DNA of 64,000 nt, from the NCBI GenBank assembly GCA_943704425.1, contig CALSCP010001168.1, positions 1 through 64,000 of the forward strand, given 5' to 3'. The stretch comes from Ministeria vibrans ATCC 50519 (taxonomy: Eukaryota; Protista; Filasterea). The notes below the pieces were generated by a model, which made no database searches, was not told the origin of the DNA, and worked only from the letters and a program-made list of their open reading frames with translations. This document shows, piece after piece, positions 1-12,059 of this stretch. Each line of letters opens with the position of its first letter. Positions within the stretch are counted from its first letter, which is position 1. Both the position numbers and the translations under genes were made by a program.

Positions 1-64
1 GTGGGCACCTGTACTGTCAGCGCATGGCATCCCATCGGCTCGTTGTACACCTCCCAATGCGCGG

Positions 65-550
65 ATGCTATTCCGCCCGCGCCTCCTCTTGCTCTGCGCC
101 CTTCTCGGCCTCTATCTCCTCCTCTTCAACATCAACCCCACCGACACCGGGCCGCGGTCGTGGCGCGACTGGGTCCATCTACAGCGCGTGCGCAAGGGCC
201 ATCCAGTGTGTGACGAGCCCGTAAGTGCGCTTGACACCACCTTCAAGTCCTTCCAGTCGGGCGATGGTGCGTGGAAGATCGCCCAAGAACGTCTTCCTCT
301 TGGCTACTGCGGCGTCAGTCAGCCTCAGGTATGCAACCGCGTCAATGGGAAGATTTTGTTTGTAACTGTCACGTTTAAATTGTCACTGTCAATTATCCTC
401 TAATTATCCTCTCTCTCTCTCTCTCTCTCTTTCCCTCCTCTCTCTCTCTTCTCTATCACTTTGTTTCTTTCTCCCTCCTCTCTCTCTTCTCTATCACTTT
501 GTTTCTTTCTCCCGCCTCTCTCGCTCTCTCTATCACTTTGTGTCTTTCTC

Positions 551-627
<77 letters not shown>

Positions 628-1591
628 TTTTTGCACTCACAGTGTCGCAGAGAAACGAACATGTACAAGTGGTACACCACGGGCGGAGTACCCCTGCCTG
701 AAATGGAAGCAGACGCGACTGCATCGCTTCTGACGGGCAAACGGCTCCTCTTCATTGGCGACGACAACGTTCGATCGCTCTTCAGCGCACTTCGCTGTGC
801 CTTCATGAAGGCTGCCGATCACTATGCATACGTGGTTGATGATGACCACTTTGTTGTTGACGGATGTGTTCCGACCATGTTTGAGTATGCGCACACGCAC
901 CATCTGGTGCAGCCGAGTGTCATGTCCGACGACGACACGCTCATTTTTCCTGACAATCACCTGACACTGGATGTGCAGTTGAAGAAGGAATTGGGGCGTC
1001 TATGGGCCATGGACGTGGTAGTGATTGGCACGGGTGGCGAATGGGTCAACAAGCGCGTGTGGGGCGGCACCTCGTCCAAGGTGATGGAGAACCCGCCGCT
1101 CGACGAGGCGGCCGTCGCCAAGCACTTCCGCAAGCACCTCTCCATGCTCATGAACTCCATTGAGGACGAAAACACCAACCTTGTTGGTACAGAGCAACCA
1201 TTAACAAGAGCTTCTCTTTCTTTACACTAACTTTACTCTCAACATAACAGTGCTCCTGACAGTTCCGACGGTGCACACCTCGTGCACACATGTCGACGAG
1301 CCACACACCGAGGCTGTGCCCCTCCCAATCCGTATCGACACTCTGAATAACGCCATCAAAACGTTCTACCGCAGCTACGACGGCACCAAGAACTCCTTCC
1401 CGCGCATCCTCAACATCACGTACGCCTCACAGTTCCGTGCGGATGCACTCATCACTCACCATGGCGAGCCCTGCTCCGAGTGGTGTCAGGAGTCCGTGCC
1501 TCTTCAGTGGGCCGACCTTTTCTCCTCTCTCCTCCACTCTGAAACTGCGCATCCTTCTCTACGCCATCGATCGCGCTCTGTTAAATTATAA
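65..1591 (+). CDS. TBL/PC-esterase (SGNH-like) family type II membrane protein with degenerate catalytic motifs; 3 exons (65-328, 643-1186, 1251-1591)
   Basis: N-terminal hydrophobic anchor; GKRLLFIGDDNVRSLF aligns to the TBL GKRxxFVGDS motif; FRADA...PCSEWCQESVP..WADL aligns to RxDAH...DCxHWCLPGVPDxWN. GT-AG introns keep the frame. Confidence 0.7.
401..625 (+). repeat. Intronic (CT)n microsatellite with three CTATCACTTTGT cores
   Basis: Directly visible in intron 1 of the first gene. Confidence 0.9.
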
Positions 1592-1729
1592 TTAGTATGA
1601 TTGTGACAGCTTGTATGGTTAATCCTTAATTGAGTAAACTCTTCACTCCATTTATTCCTGATAATAATATGAGTGCGTTTATCCTACAGTCAATCCCGTA
1701 AACCCTATATAAATAATATCAATCTATGT

Positions 1730-1899
1730 AAATTATAATAATAATAATGATAATTAGAAGAAGAAGAAGAAGACATAATTATTATAACTATTATAATTAT
1801 TATTATTATAATATTAATTATTATTATTATTATTATAATTATAATCATTATTATTATTAATATTATTATAAAAATATAATTATAATAATAATAATAATA

Positions 1900-1932
<33 letters not shown>

Positions 1933-1940
1933 TTTATTTT
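1730..1940. repeat. (AAT/ATT)n AT-rich intergenic low-complexity tract
   Basis: Directly visible. Confidence 0.85.
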
Positions 1941-1950
1941 TTTCAGATCG

Positions 1951-3730
1951 ATGTGTCTCCGTCTTCTTCTCTTTCTTGCTCTCACTTCCAGCGTTGCACT
2001 CTGTTCTCCGTCCGACGATGCGTCTGCTCCAAAAGGCTCTTCGTCCCTTCCTCTGCTACACTCAAAAGAAGACTTAGAGAATGCAATTGAGAGTCAGTGT
2101 GTTGTTGCGGCGCGCGAGAATTTCGAGTACTGCAAAAACGAACCTCTCTCACTCTCTCACTCTCTATCTCTCTCCCTCTATCTCTCTGTTTCTTTTTGCT
2201 AGAACAACAACACTGCTGTGGCTCCAACACGTATTTGAGGAGGAAGCGGGAGTTCTTGTGGCGCAGCTGGATGCGATGGCAACGCCCATGATGGACACGA
2301 CGGGCGTGCTGGTCGTGCCGCGCCACGTCAAGGACCGCGAGTGTCTGCTGTTCCCGGCGCGCGTCGTGGCCCGTCCTAAAGAATTTGGTGTGGTTCAGGA
2401 GACGCTGGGGGCTGCGGCGTCGTCCCTTGTAGACTTTGTCAATCGGTATTGCTTGACTCATCGCACGGCGACAGGGCACATTTCGTCGCGAGGACGCCTC
2501 ATCGACGAGCTCCTCGCCAATCTGTATCGTCCACCCGACGCAACCCCTACCGATGCTACTCCGCATGAATGCGAGCGTCTCGATCGGATCCCTTCGCGTG
2601 ACGTGTTTATGAGTGACTACGTGATGCGCAACCGTCCAGTCGTGCTTGAGGGTGCGCTGCAAGCGCTCGCATGGCCCGCGCTCGACAAGTGGACACCCCA
2701 ACACTTTCTCACACTCCTTGGCTCTCGCAAAGTACATGTCAAGCTCACGCCCGACGGTGACTTTGAAGGTGTCGAGCCACGTGATCTCTGGTCCGATCTC
2801 AAAGCGTCCATTCCGGAAAAGGTAAACGAAATGCGAGTGAGACAAATATAAATACATTGAATCGACATATTTTTTCGTGAGTGTACAGGTGAAGGCTCAG
2901 CTGGAGTTTCCAGATCTCGTGACGGTGCGCCCTGCACCCGTTGACATGCCCTTTACAGACTTTCTTGACCTCATTAAACGTGACAACATCAGTGCATACA
3001 TCGAGGTAAGACCAAGGCAACCAAAGACCCATCGATCGCACTCACGTGCTCAACATGTGTCGTGCAGTACTCTTCAATCAATGCATACATGCCTGAGCTG
3101 CGGGACGACATGCGGTCGCTGGACATGACCTCACGACTGCAAGTGGAACATGAGAATGCGTGGATAAGCAACGGACGCACCATTGGCCGACTGCACTTTG
3201 ATCAGTATGAGAATACCATGTGCCAAGTGCGCGGCCACAAGCATTTTACGTTGTACGATCCCGCTCACAACGAGCGCCTATACGAGGCCCACATTCCTCA
3301 GGTACATCTACCCGCATTGGTCTCTCCACCTCTCGCTTCTCTCTCCCTCTTCTAAGTGTTCTCTTTTATACAGGCTCAGTACAAGTATGACAGGAACAAC
3401 AAGAGCTTTTCACGTGCAACGCTGCTCGACAGCACGTCTATGGTCATGTCGCCCGTCTCCCTCGACCACGTCAACCACACGCGCTTCCCACTCTTCAGCC
3501 AGGCACGCCCATTGCACTGTAAACTCGCACCCGGCGACGTGCTCTACCTGCCCGCCTTCTGGTGGCACGAGGTGCGCAGTGCACCGGAGCACATCCCGAA
3601 CTGGGGACCCTTCAACATGGCCGTCAATACTTGGTTTACCCCGCTCTTCCAACGCGAGTACCCGTGTCCTCGTTGTCCCCTCTCCTTCAACCCTCATTAT
3701 CTCCACCTTCTCCCTGAGCCGTCGGACTAG
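1951..3730 (+). CDS. JmjC-domain (cupin-like, JMJD5/7-related) 2OG/Fe(II) oxygenase with signal peptide; multi-exon
   Basis: MCLRLLLFLALTSSVALC signal peptide; RPVVLEGA..WPALDKWT; NAWISNGRTIGRLHFDQYEN (HxD); GDVLYLPAFWWHEVRS (distal His); NMAVNTWF. Confidence 0.85.
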
Positions 3731-3851
3731 AAATCTTTATGATATTGTAGAATTGTATTTTTGTTAATAAAAGAATGTTTTGGTTACGCATATGAACGAG
3801 GAGAAATATCCTCGACAAAAAAGAAGAAGACAACACAAAAAAAGAAGACAT

Positions 3852-5099
3852 TTAAGGAGAAAAAACATGCTCAAGGGTAAACTCAGCAGCACCGTAGCCG
3901 GCATAGAGAGCACGCACCACACACAGCAGTGGACTGCCGGCGCGCAGAAACTCGGAGAGCTGTGCGAAAAAAAAAAAAAAACGTACACAAGTTGAGAAGT
4001 ATTTCAAACGATATTACTGTAATATTAAGCAATATATTATACCGTTTCCAGGTAGGTGGGTAGAGCCGGATCGTCGAGGGTACAGTGGCGCAGTCGTTCC
4101 TGGAGCATGGGGTTGGGAACGGGGAAGACAGAGAGGGGCCGCAAGTAGAGACCGTTGTCGGGGAGGTCGTTGGCGAGACGGCGCGAGTCGGCAAGCGGAC
4201 GCGGCAGAATCACATCAATGGACGCTTGAGCGTTGGGACTGCTCAGCGTCACGACACAATTGGCGTGGAGCAACGGTGATCCGTTGACCTACAAATCAGA
4301 CCGACAAAAGTAAATAAAAAAAACGAACTTTCTTTTCGACTCCCCCCCCCGTACGGATGGAATGTAGAGGCTATCGTCGGACGACACGTGAGGCACCATG
4401 TTCTCGCCGAGCATGTCCAGAAGCTTAGAATCAACACGCACTTGTGGAAAGGCGGGTCGCACCGTAGCAATCGCCCTCTTCTTCTTCTTCTTGGACGGCC
4501 GTTGTTGCTTGCCCGGCACACCACCCTCGTCCACCAGCGGAAGATTTTCGGCCGTAATCTCAACGACCTTACCGTGCAAGACAAAGGTGCGCTCCTCGTG
4601 CATCCGCATCTCGTTGACGACAATTTCCTGGATCTGTGCAATGGACGTGACACAACCTTGTGTCTGCGACGCCACAAAGTCTGCCGCGTCCGCACACACC
4701 ATCCCCGAAGGCACAAAGTTGCCGTTTTGGACGAGAAAAGGACGCAGTGCGGCACGCACCGATCTTTGCATGCCCCACTCGACACGCTCCTTGACTATCT
4801 CGCAGTGTGCAATGGGAAGAGATGCAAGCGGCGACGGCAACTGGGGTGACGTGCGCCACAGGTAGGAGATGGGAGTGGTGACGCAGATAAAGTGAGGCAT
4901 GGTCACGCTGTTGACGAGACCATTGGTGACGGTGCGCACATTGGTGCATGCAAGGACGTCGCCTGCACGGAGCACATCAAACACGTCGGCGTTGGCCCCG
5001 TCAAACACCTTGACTGTAATCAGACCCGACGATTGTTGATGCAAGAGCTCGTCCACACGAGAGAGCTGTGCGCGACTCAGTACCACTTCGTCATATTTA

Positions 5100-5136
<37 letters not shown>

Positions 5137-6200
5137 CATCACCTCGACGACGCTTCTGCGATCCCTGAACCTCCTCCCTCTTGACCTTCTTCGTCTTCTT
5201 TTTCTTCTTGTCCGTTTTGGACGCCAGCAAAGTGGCGAGCGCCTCCGGTGTGTCCACCAGCATCTCGACCCAACGATAGCGCGATAGAGACGACTCGCCG
5301 GCAGCGTTGACAAAATGCTTCACTTGGACACGGCCCAGGAAGGTAATAGTGCCCACCAAATCGTGAAGCGACTCAGCGGACTGCAGATGCATAAAACGAT
5401 GGTCGACGACGGTGGTGGGCACGGGAGGGATGCCGCGTGGGATGCGCACGAGACGTCTGATGAGCACGAGTGAGTCGGCACCGCCACCGCTCGGGTTCAT
5501 CTTGATCTCAACGGGAGTGCCTTGTGCCAACGGATGAACAAGAGGCATGGCATCGCGTCTCGGCTGATAGCGCGCCGAGAGCTTGTACTGTTTGCCAACA
5601 AAAATTACATCGCCCACACGAATGGACGTGTAGAAGAGTGGACACAGTGCTGTCCAGAGGGACACTGTTAGCACACCCGTACCGTCGCCTGAAAAAAAAA
5701 AAAAAAAAAAAAGCATAAACAACGGAACGGACCAACTGACATTGGGCGTACAGTGTTATTTTTTTTTTGTGGGGGTGCGCTGTTGTGTCGACGGTCATTG
5801 ACGGTCCGGCGCGAAGTAAGCAGTGTGTCAACGTCTCTTCCAACTTGGCGGTAATCCGAAGTAAGCCTAGTACAGAATAGGAAAATAATATAAGAAGGAT
5901 AACAAATTAATTAATAATAATAATAATTTATTAGTAATAATAATAATAATATTATTATTATTATTAGTATTATTATGATGATAATGATTATTGTTACTTG
6001 CAGTACAGTTGTAGCGGAGTTAATGAGACGCTAACAGTGAAGAAACAACAGCGCGTGCCAAGCGAACCGAGTTGCAAAGTCTGGTCACCACAGTATTGTG
6101 TAAACGTGAATCAGATGGCGCCACACTAGTAGCGCCCGCTGAAACACAAACGTGTGGCGCATTGTTGGCCAGACTCTGGCACACTCAATTGACTCTCTCA
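3852..6200 (-). CDS. RADX: RADX-like (RPA1-related multi-OB-fold ssDNA-binding protein); 5' end uncertain
   Basis: GDGTGVLTVSLWTALCPLFYTSIRVG, DLVGTITFLGRV..SRYRWVEM, LACTNVRTV, EERTFVLHGKVVEI and a spliced C-terminal LLCVVRALYAGYGAAEFTLEHVFSP* follow the order of the human RADX OB motifs as I remember them. Confidence 0.65.
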
Positions 6201-6723
6201 GCAAGCCATCACCACGCTTTCACCAGGTTCGTCCACTTGCCAGCAGGCTAGTGTACGTGTGGTGAGGTAGTGCAGTGATGGAAAGACGACAAGAAAGAGT
6301 GACGCGCTTTTGTTGAATTTTGCGGTTTTTATACTACCGGGAGAAATCATGATGACGTAACACAAACGAATCATCATGGTGAGTTCACAAATGCACTATA
6401 TAGTAAAATGTTTTGTGAAGCCACAACTGACTCGACTGAGTATCGCGGATTTGAGATGGCACGCTGTATCTGTGGAAGAAGACAACAACGACATCTCTCA
6501 ATCATTCTACCAATACGATGCGAGTGTTTTGCGAGTGCAATATTGCTATGAAGTGCATAGTATATCAGTCTGTTACTACTTTGTATACTGTGCGACGCTC
6601 CATAGTTTATATATCATCCTCATCGAGATGTTCAAGACAATGAACACATTACTCATTAGAGGCGACTCACAATCTCACATGAGAATTTTCTCTTCTCTCT
6701 GCCTCTTTCTCTCTTGAACATTG

Positions 6724-8107
6724 ATGTCGAACACTCCATCAACCAATGGCGCGCCGGCTATGCCCGAGAAGAGTGCTCGACGGGTGCTGAAAGTGAAGTT
6801 GAAAGGACGACCAGGTTCGCACACGCGACATTCTGACACCTCGCACATACGTTGAATCTGGATGGTTTTTAGAGCTCCGCGAAAGAGGCTGGGAGAAGCA
6901 CGACTACGCCTCAACGACAGACTACTTTTTGGACACAAAGAAGGTGCGAAAGCGCGACACAGTGCCGCGTATCAGCGCAAAGGTTCGATTTTGCATTTTC
7001 CCATTCTCGCTTTTGTCGGATGCAACAACTCAACGCACGTGCGCCCCTTCCCCCTCTAGACGGTGTCCAAAGCTGAGTTTATTGAACGCTTTGAACGACC
7101 GGCGCTGCCCGTTGTGATCACCGACCTCACGGAGGATTGGCCAGCCGTCAAAGAATGGACGCTCGAGGTAATTCACGCGACTTCTTCTCAACAGTGTTTT
7201 GATCACGCGCCTTCGTCTTCCTCAGAAACTTGCCGGTCGATTTCCCAATGGAAAGTTCAAAGTGGGCGAAGACGACGATGGCTATGCGGTGAAGCTCAAG
7301 CTAAAATACTACGCGGACTATGTCAAGGCACAGCGCGACGACAGCCCCCTCTATGTCTTCGACAGTGCATTCAGCGAAGACAAAGAGCGTCGAGCTATTC
7401 TGCGTGACTTTACTGTGCCCCACTACTTTGACGACGACCTCTTCAAGTACGTGGGGGAATCGCGGCGTCCGCCCTATCGCTGGCTCGTAATGGGACCGCC
7501 TCGCAGCGGCACGGGCATCCATGTTGACCCTTTGGGCACAAGTGCATGGAATGCACTTGTGCACGGCTACAAGCGATGGGTGCTCTTCCCGCCTCACACC
7601 AAACGTGAGCTAGTCAAACCCCCACCGCGCAACGACGGCGAAGCCATCAGCTGGTTCGTCACCATGTACACCAAAACAACAGCCCCCGACGCTGGCACGC
7701 AGCCCATGGAGCTGCTCCAGGGGCCCGGCGAGACCGTCTTTGTCCCAGGTGGCTGGTGGCATGTCGTTCTCAACTGCACCTGGACCGCCGCCGTCACCCA
7801 AAACTTTACCTCCTACACAAACTTCCCCGTTGTCTACCGTAAGACTGTCCGCGGTCGCCCCAAGCTTTGCAAGAAGTGGTACGCGACCATGCGCGCACAA
7901 GAACCCGCTTTGGCAGACGCAGCCGATGCCGCCCTCCACGATCCTACTCCCGACGGCATCCCCACCGACTCCTCCGATTCCTCTTCTTCCTCTTCTTCCT
8001 CTTCCTCGTCCTCTTCGTCCGATTCTGAGCCAGACTCCGACTCCGATCACAATCCACGACCAAGGAAGCGCGTCAGAAGGACGAAGAAAAAGTCAACGAA
8101 TAAATGA
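6724..8107 (+). CDS. JMJD6: JMJD6 / phosphatidylserine receptor (JmjC hydroxylase)
   Basis: [84 protein letters not shown], poly-Ser tail and basic NLS. Confidence 0.95.
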
Positions 8108-8150
8108 ACAGAAGAATTATTAATGATGTAAAGAAAAGAAAGAAAAAATG

Positions 8151-9723
8151 TTACACAGTTGACTCGGACACATTGAGATCACCAAAATCACTCTCGTCCG
8201 TCTCATCATCCTCCTCCTCCTCCTCCTCATCATCATCATTGTCTGCTGCCCCGGGACCTGCACCAGCACCCGCACCGGCAACAGCAAGAGTATCATCTCC
8301 AGCTCCAGCTCCAGCTCCAGCTCCCGCTCCAGCTCCAGCTCCAGCTCCTGCCCCGCTGCCAATACTAGTGTCCCCTGACTCGGTCTTCTCCACCGTTGCA
8401 GGCGAAGGGATTTCGTCGTAGCGAGAGCTCACGTCATTGTCGTCACCATCCAACAGTCCGTCAGACGAGTCGCTCATGACAGCGGCCATATCCTCCTCCC
8501 CTTGCCCGGATGCCTGTAACAAACAAGAAAGACGGTGTAAGACACAAAAAAAAAAAAAACACAAAAAGATGTGATAGCGATATCCTCTCAACGATCTTGG
8601 TGAAAGTTCAAATTCATTCCGCAGTCGAACATTGCAATGTTTTCATCATCGAGGCACAAAACATAAAGTTGCCTTTGTCGTTCGTACCTTGCTCTTTTGC
8701 GTTTCCAAGGCCGCCAGAGACTTGACCATATCCTCCTCCCCTTGCTCGGATGCCTGTAACAAACAAGATAAACGGTGTGAGACACAAAAAGGAAAAACAA
8801 AACGATGTGATAGCGATATCCTCTCAACGATCTTGGTGAAAGTTCAAATTCATTCCGCAGTCGAACATTGCAATGTTTTCATCATCGAGGCACAAAACAC
8901 AAAAAGGGAGGAGTGAAGTCTTGTCTTGTCGTACCTCGCTCTTTTGTGTTTCTAAGGCCGCCAGAGACTCTGCTTCCAGTGTGCGTGCCACCTCCTCTTC
9001 CATCTTTCTTACAATTTCTGCAGCGGCCTCCTCCTCTGCCTTCTTAGCAGCAGCAGCAGCAGCAGCCTCCTCCTCTGCCTTCTTAGCGGCAGCAGCAGCA
9101 GAAGCCTCTTCCTCTGCCTTCTTCGCAGCAGCGGCAGCCTCTTCCTCTGCCTTCTTCGCAGCAGCGGCAGCCTCCTCCTCTGCCTTCTTCGCAGCAGCAG
9201 CAGCAGCCTCCTCCTCTGCCTTCTTAGCAGCAGCAGCAGCCTCCTCCTCTGCCTTCTTAGCGGCAGCAGCAGCAGCAGCCTCTTCCTCTGCCTTCTTCGC
9301 AGCAGCAGCGGCAGCCTCCTCCTCTGCCTTCTTAGCAGCAGCAGCAGCAGCGGCGGCGGCAGCCTCTTCCTCTGCCTTCTTCGCAGCAGCAGCAACAGCA
9401 GCCTCCTCCTCTGCCTTCTTCGCAGCAGCAGCGGCAGCCTCCTCCTCTGCCTTCTTCTTCGCAGCAGCAGCGGCAGCCTCCTCCTCTGCCTTCTTCGCAG
9501 CAGCGGCGGCAGCCTCCTCCTCTGCCTTCTTCGCAGCAGCGGCGGCAGCCTCCTCCTCTGCCTTCTTAGCAGCAGCAGCAGCGGCAGCCTCCTCCTCTGC
9601 CTTCTTAGCAGCAGCAGCGGCGGCAGCCTCCTCCTCTGCTTTCTTCGCAGCAGCAGCAGCGGCAGCCTCCTCCTCTGCTTTCTTCGCGGCAGCAGCAGCG
9701 GCAGCCTCCTCCTCTGCTTTCTT

Positions 9724-9758
<35 letters not shown>

Positions 9759-11596
9759 CTTCCTCTGCCTTCTTCACAGCAGCAGCAGCAGCGGCCTCCT
9801 CTGCTTTCTTCGCAGCAGCAGCAGCAGCAGCGGCGGCAGCCTCCTCTTCTGCCTCCTTAGCAGCAGCAGCAGCGGCGGCAGCCTCCTCTGCCTTCTTAGC
9901 ATCAGCAGCAGCAGCAGCAGCAGCAGCCTCTTCCTCGGCGGCCTCTGTGACGTTCTCTTCAGCCTTAACAGTTGCATCGGCCTCGACAGCCTCCTTCTCC
10001 TCCTCTGCCTCATTGGCAGCCGCCTCAACAGCCGCAATAGCAGCAGCCACAGCCGCTTCAGCGTCAATCTTTTCCTGAGCCTACAAATCACAATAAAAGA
10101 TGTTAACAAAGCACACCGTCGCACACAAACACAAACACATACAGCAGTTGCCTCATTAATTTATATAAATAAAGAACAATTTCTCGTCAAGGTTAATCGG
10201 AAAGACTAATCGATTTTCTTATTTAATCATAGGGCCGAAAAAAATACGACATACCACACAGCATCACAAATAATAATGACTCACCTCCATTTCTTCCAGC
10301 TTCTTCTTCCCCTTTGCAATGTGGATTTCTGCTTCTTTGGTCATATCCATCTTTTTTTAAAAAAAAAAAGAACCAATAAATGAGTCCTCTTCACTCACTC
10401 ACTTTACGGATTGTTTGGGGTTTCGCTTTGAATACCTTTCGCTGACGCAGCAAATCAATTGTAGAGGAAATGTCGGCTTGGCGACTAGGGGCACGCACTT
10501 TGACAGAGGCAAAGTCAGAGACGACGGTGAGCGGTAGAGTAAGAGCCTTCTTAGACGAGGCGCCTGCGCCAGTGCTACTGCTCTTGCCCTTCTTCGCCTT
10601 GGGTGGCTTCTTGCCAAAGCCTGCGAAGAGTCCTTCCTCAACGATTGCCTTGCTCGACACAACGACCACGCCCGCAGGGACACTGGAGGCACTCGCACTG
10701 CTCGCCACCGACTCGCTTGCACTCGCACTGGGACCTTGCAATCCCTCCAGGTAGACAATCAGACGGTCGCATCTCTCTTGGTCCTCCTCATGGGGGTCAT
10801 GTGTCAATTCCCAAATCTAAAAAAAAAACAGAAGAGTATGAGAATTTTCACAGACAAAAAGATAATTCAGTGATTGATCACCTTTTGCTCGCGTTGCTCC
10901 TGTTTCCGCTGAATCTCCCTCTCCTCTTGACGGCGTTTGCGCTCCTCTGCTTCCTCCTTCTTCCGTCGCTCTCGCTCTTCCTTGCTCGCCTACCACACGC
11001 AACAGGTCAACCTCTCGGCTCTCATATACACAACAACAGCAACAGTGGGTATATATAAACTATACCTTGTAGTATTCGTCCTTGGCCTTTTTAAATGCCG
11101 CATTAGTCGTGCGCTTCTTCTCAAACAACTCATCAAGCTCCTTCTTCACTTCAGCTCGCTTCAACAGGCGCGTCTCACGATCCCCGTATTTCTATAATGA
11201 TAATATTACTGTGAGATGTGCCTCACAAACACACACACGCAACGAAACAATCACGAACCTTTTCGTATTCCCCCTTTGCCGCGTCCAGTTTGCTCTTAAT
11301 ATCCGCCTCTTGCTCGCGCAGCTTCTTAATTTCCTCGTACAACTGCTGTGCCTGTTCACGAAGCCCCAGCGTCTTGGCTCGCATCTCATCAACGGCACTT
11401 TTGAGCGTCTGGAAGGTCCTAACAAAAAAAAACGAATGAGAAAACGAAAAAGAAAGATAATTAATAATAATAAATATTATTCTTACTCTAATTCACGTTT
11501 GGATCGTCTGAGCACTGAAATCTCACCAACAATGCGCTTTTCATCGGCAAGCGAGAGAGAGCCGCTGTGGATGGATGCTTGAAGTTTGCTACACGC

Positions 11597-11627
<31 letters not shown>

Positions 11628-11870
11628 NNNNNNNNNNGGGGGAGGGGAGAGAGGAGAGCATGGGGGTGTGAGTGGGGTGCGCGGCAGGCGAAGGGGGCGG
11701 CGGGGCGCGGCAGGGCGGCAGGGCGTACATCGGTAGACGTGTTGGACGCGCAGAAAGACCGTTGGAATCAGGTCGCACTCGCGCGCGAGGTATTGGCTCA
11801 CGGTGTCGCGCACACGTCGCGTGCCATGCTTGGTGATGTCCACGGCGACCGGTTCGACGTCAGTCATCAT
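8151..11870 (-). CDS. BFR1/PPI1-like coiled-coil protein with a long Ala/Lys/Glu repeat exon and acidic tail; 5' part interrupted by an N gap
   Basis: Spliced exons give KLQASIHSGSLSLADEKRIVGEISVLRRSK and GLFAGFGKKPPKAKKGK...LTLPLTVVSDFASVKVRAPSRQADISSTIDLLRQRK, resembling fungal Bfr1 motifs; in-frame splicing continues into the (A)nKKAEEE exon. Confidence 0.6.
8486..8969. repeat. Tandem duplication of ~240 bp (8486-8722 and 8726-8969) spanning an intron and its exon flanks
   Basis: Near-identical blocks ccatatcctcctccccttg...gatgtgatagcgatatcctctcaacgatcttggtgaaag...ggccgccagagact. Confidence 0.92.
9020..9940 (-). repeat. Coding minisatellite, more than 20 units encoding (A)5-11 KKAEEE
   Basis: ORF 8824-10050 translation; gcagcagcc-tcctcctctgccttctt units on the + strand. 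Confidence 0.95.
11628..11637. other. Assembly gap (10 N)
   Basis: Run of n. Confidence 0.99.
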
Positions 11871-12059
11871 GCTGGCAATCAGTAAAAAGAAGTAAAATTT
11901 TCAAAAAAAAAGCTGAGCTGAGTTTTATGAAACATTCAATATGTTGAAATCTCGCATTATCTCTTAATTCTCTTTACTCTTTTTGATCGCTCCTCGATCA
12001 CTGCTTGCAACCCTACTCCTTTATTGAAGTGTTGACCATTGCTGGCGAGGAAGCGGAAA

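Noticed and set aside
400-806. ORFs encoding (RE)n, (SL)n, (HT)n, (CV)n or poly-I/L here and near 15.7, 42.2, 44.6, 51.4 and 62.3 kb
   Set aside because: Translations of intronic microsatellites, not genes.
8873-10078. 401-aa plus-strand ORF (A/S/F repeat)
   Set aside because: Antisense shadow of the (A)nKKAEEE exon.
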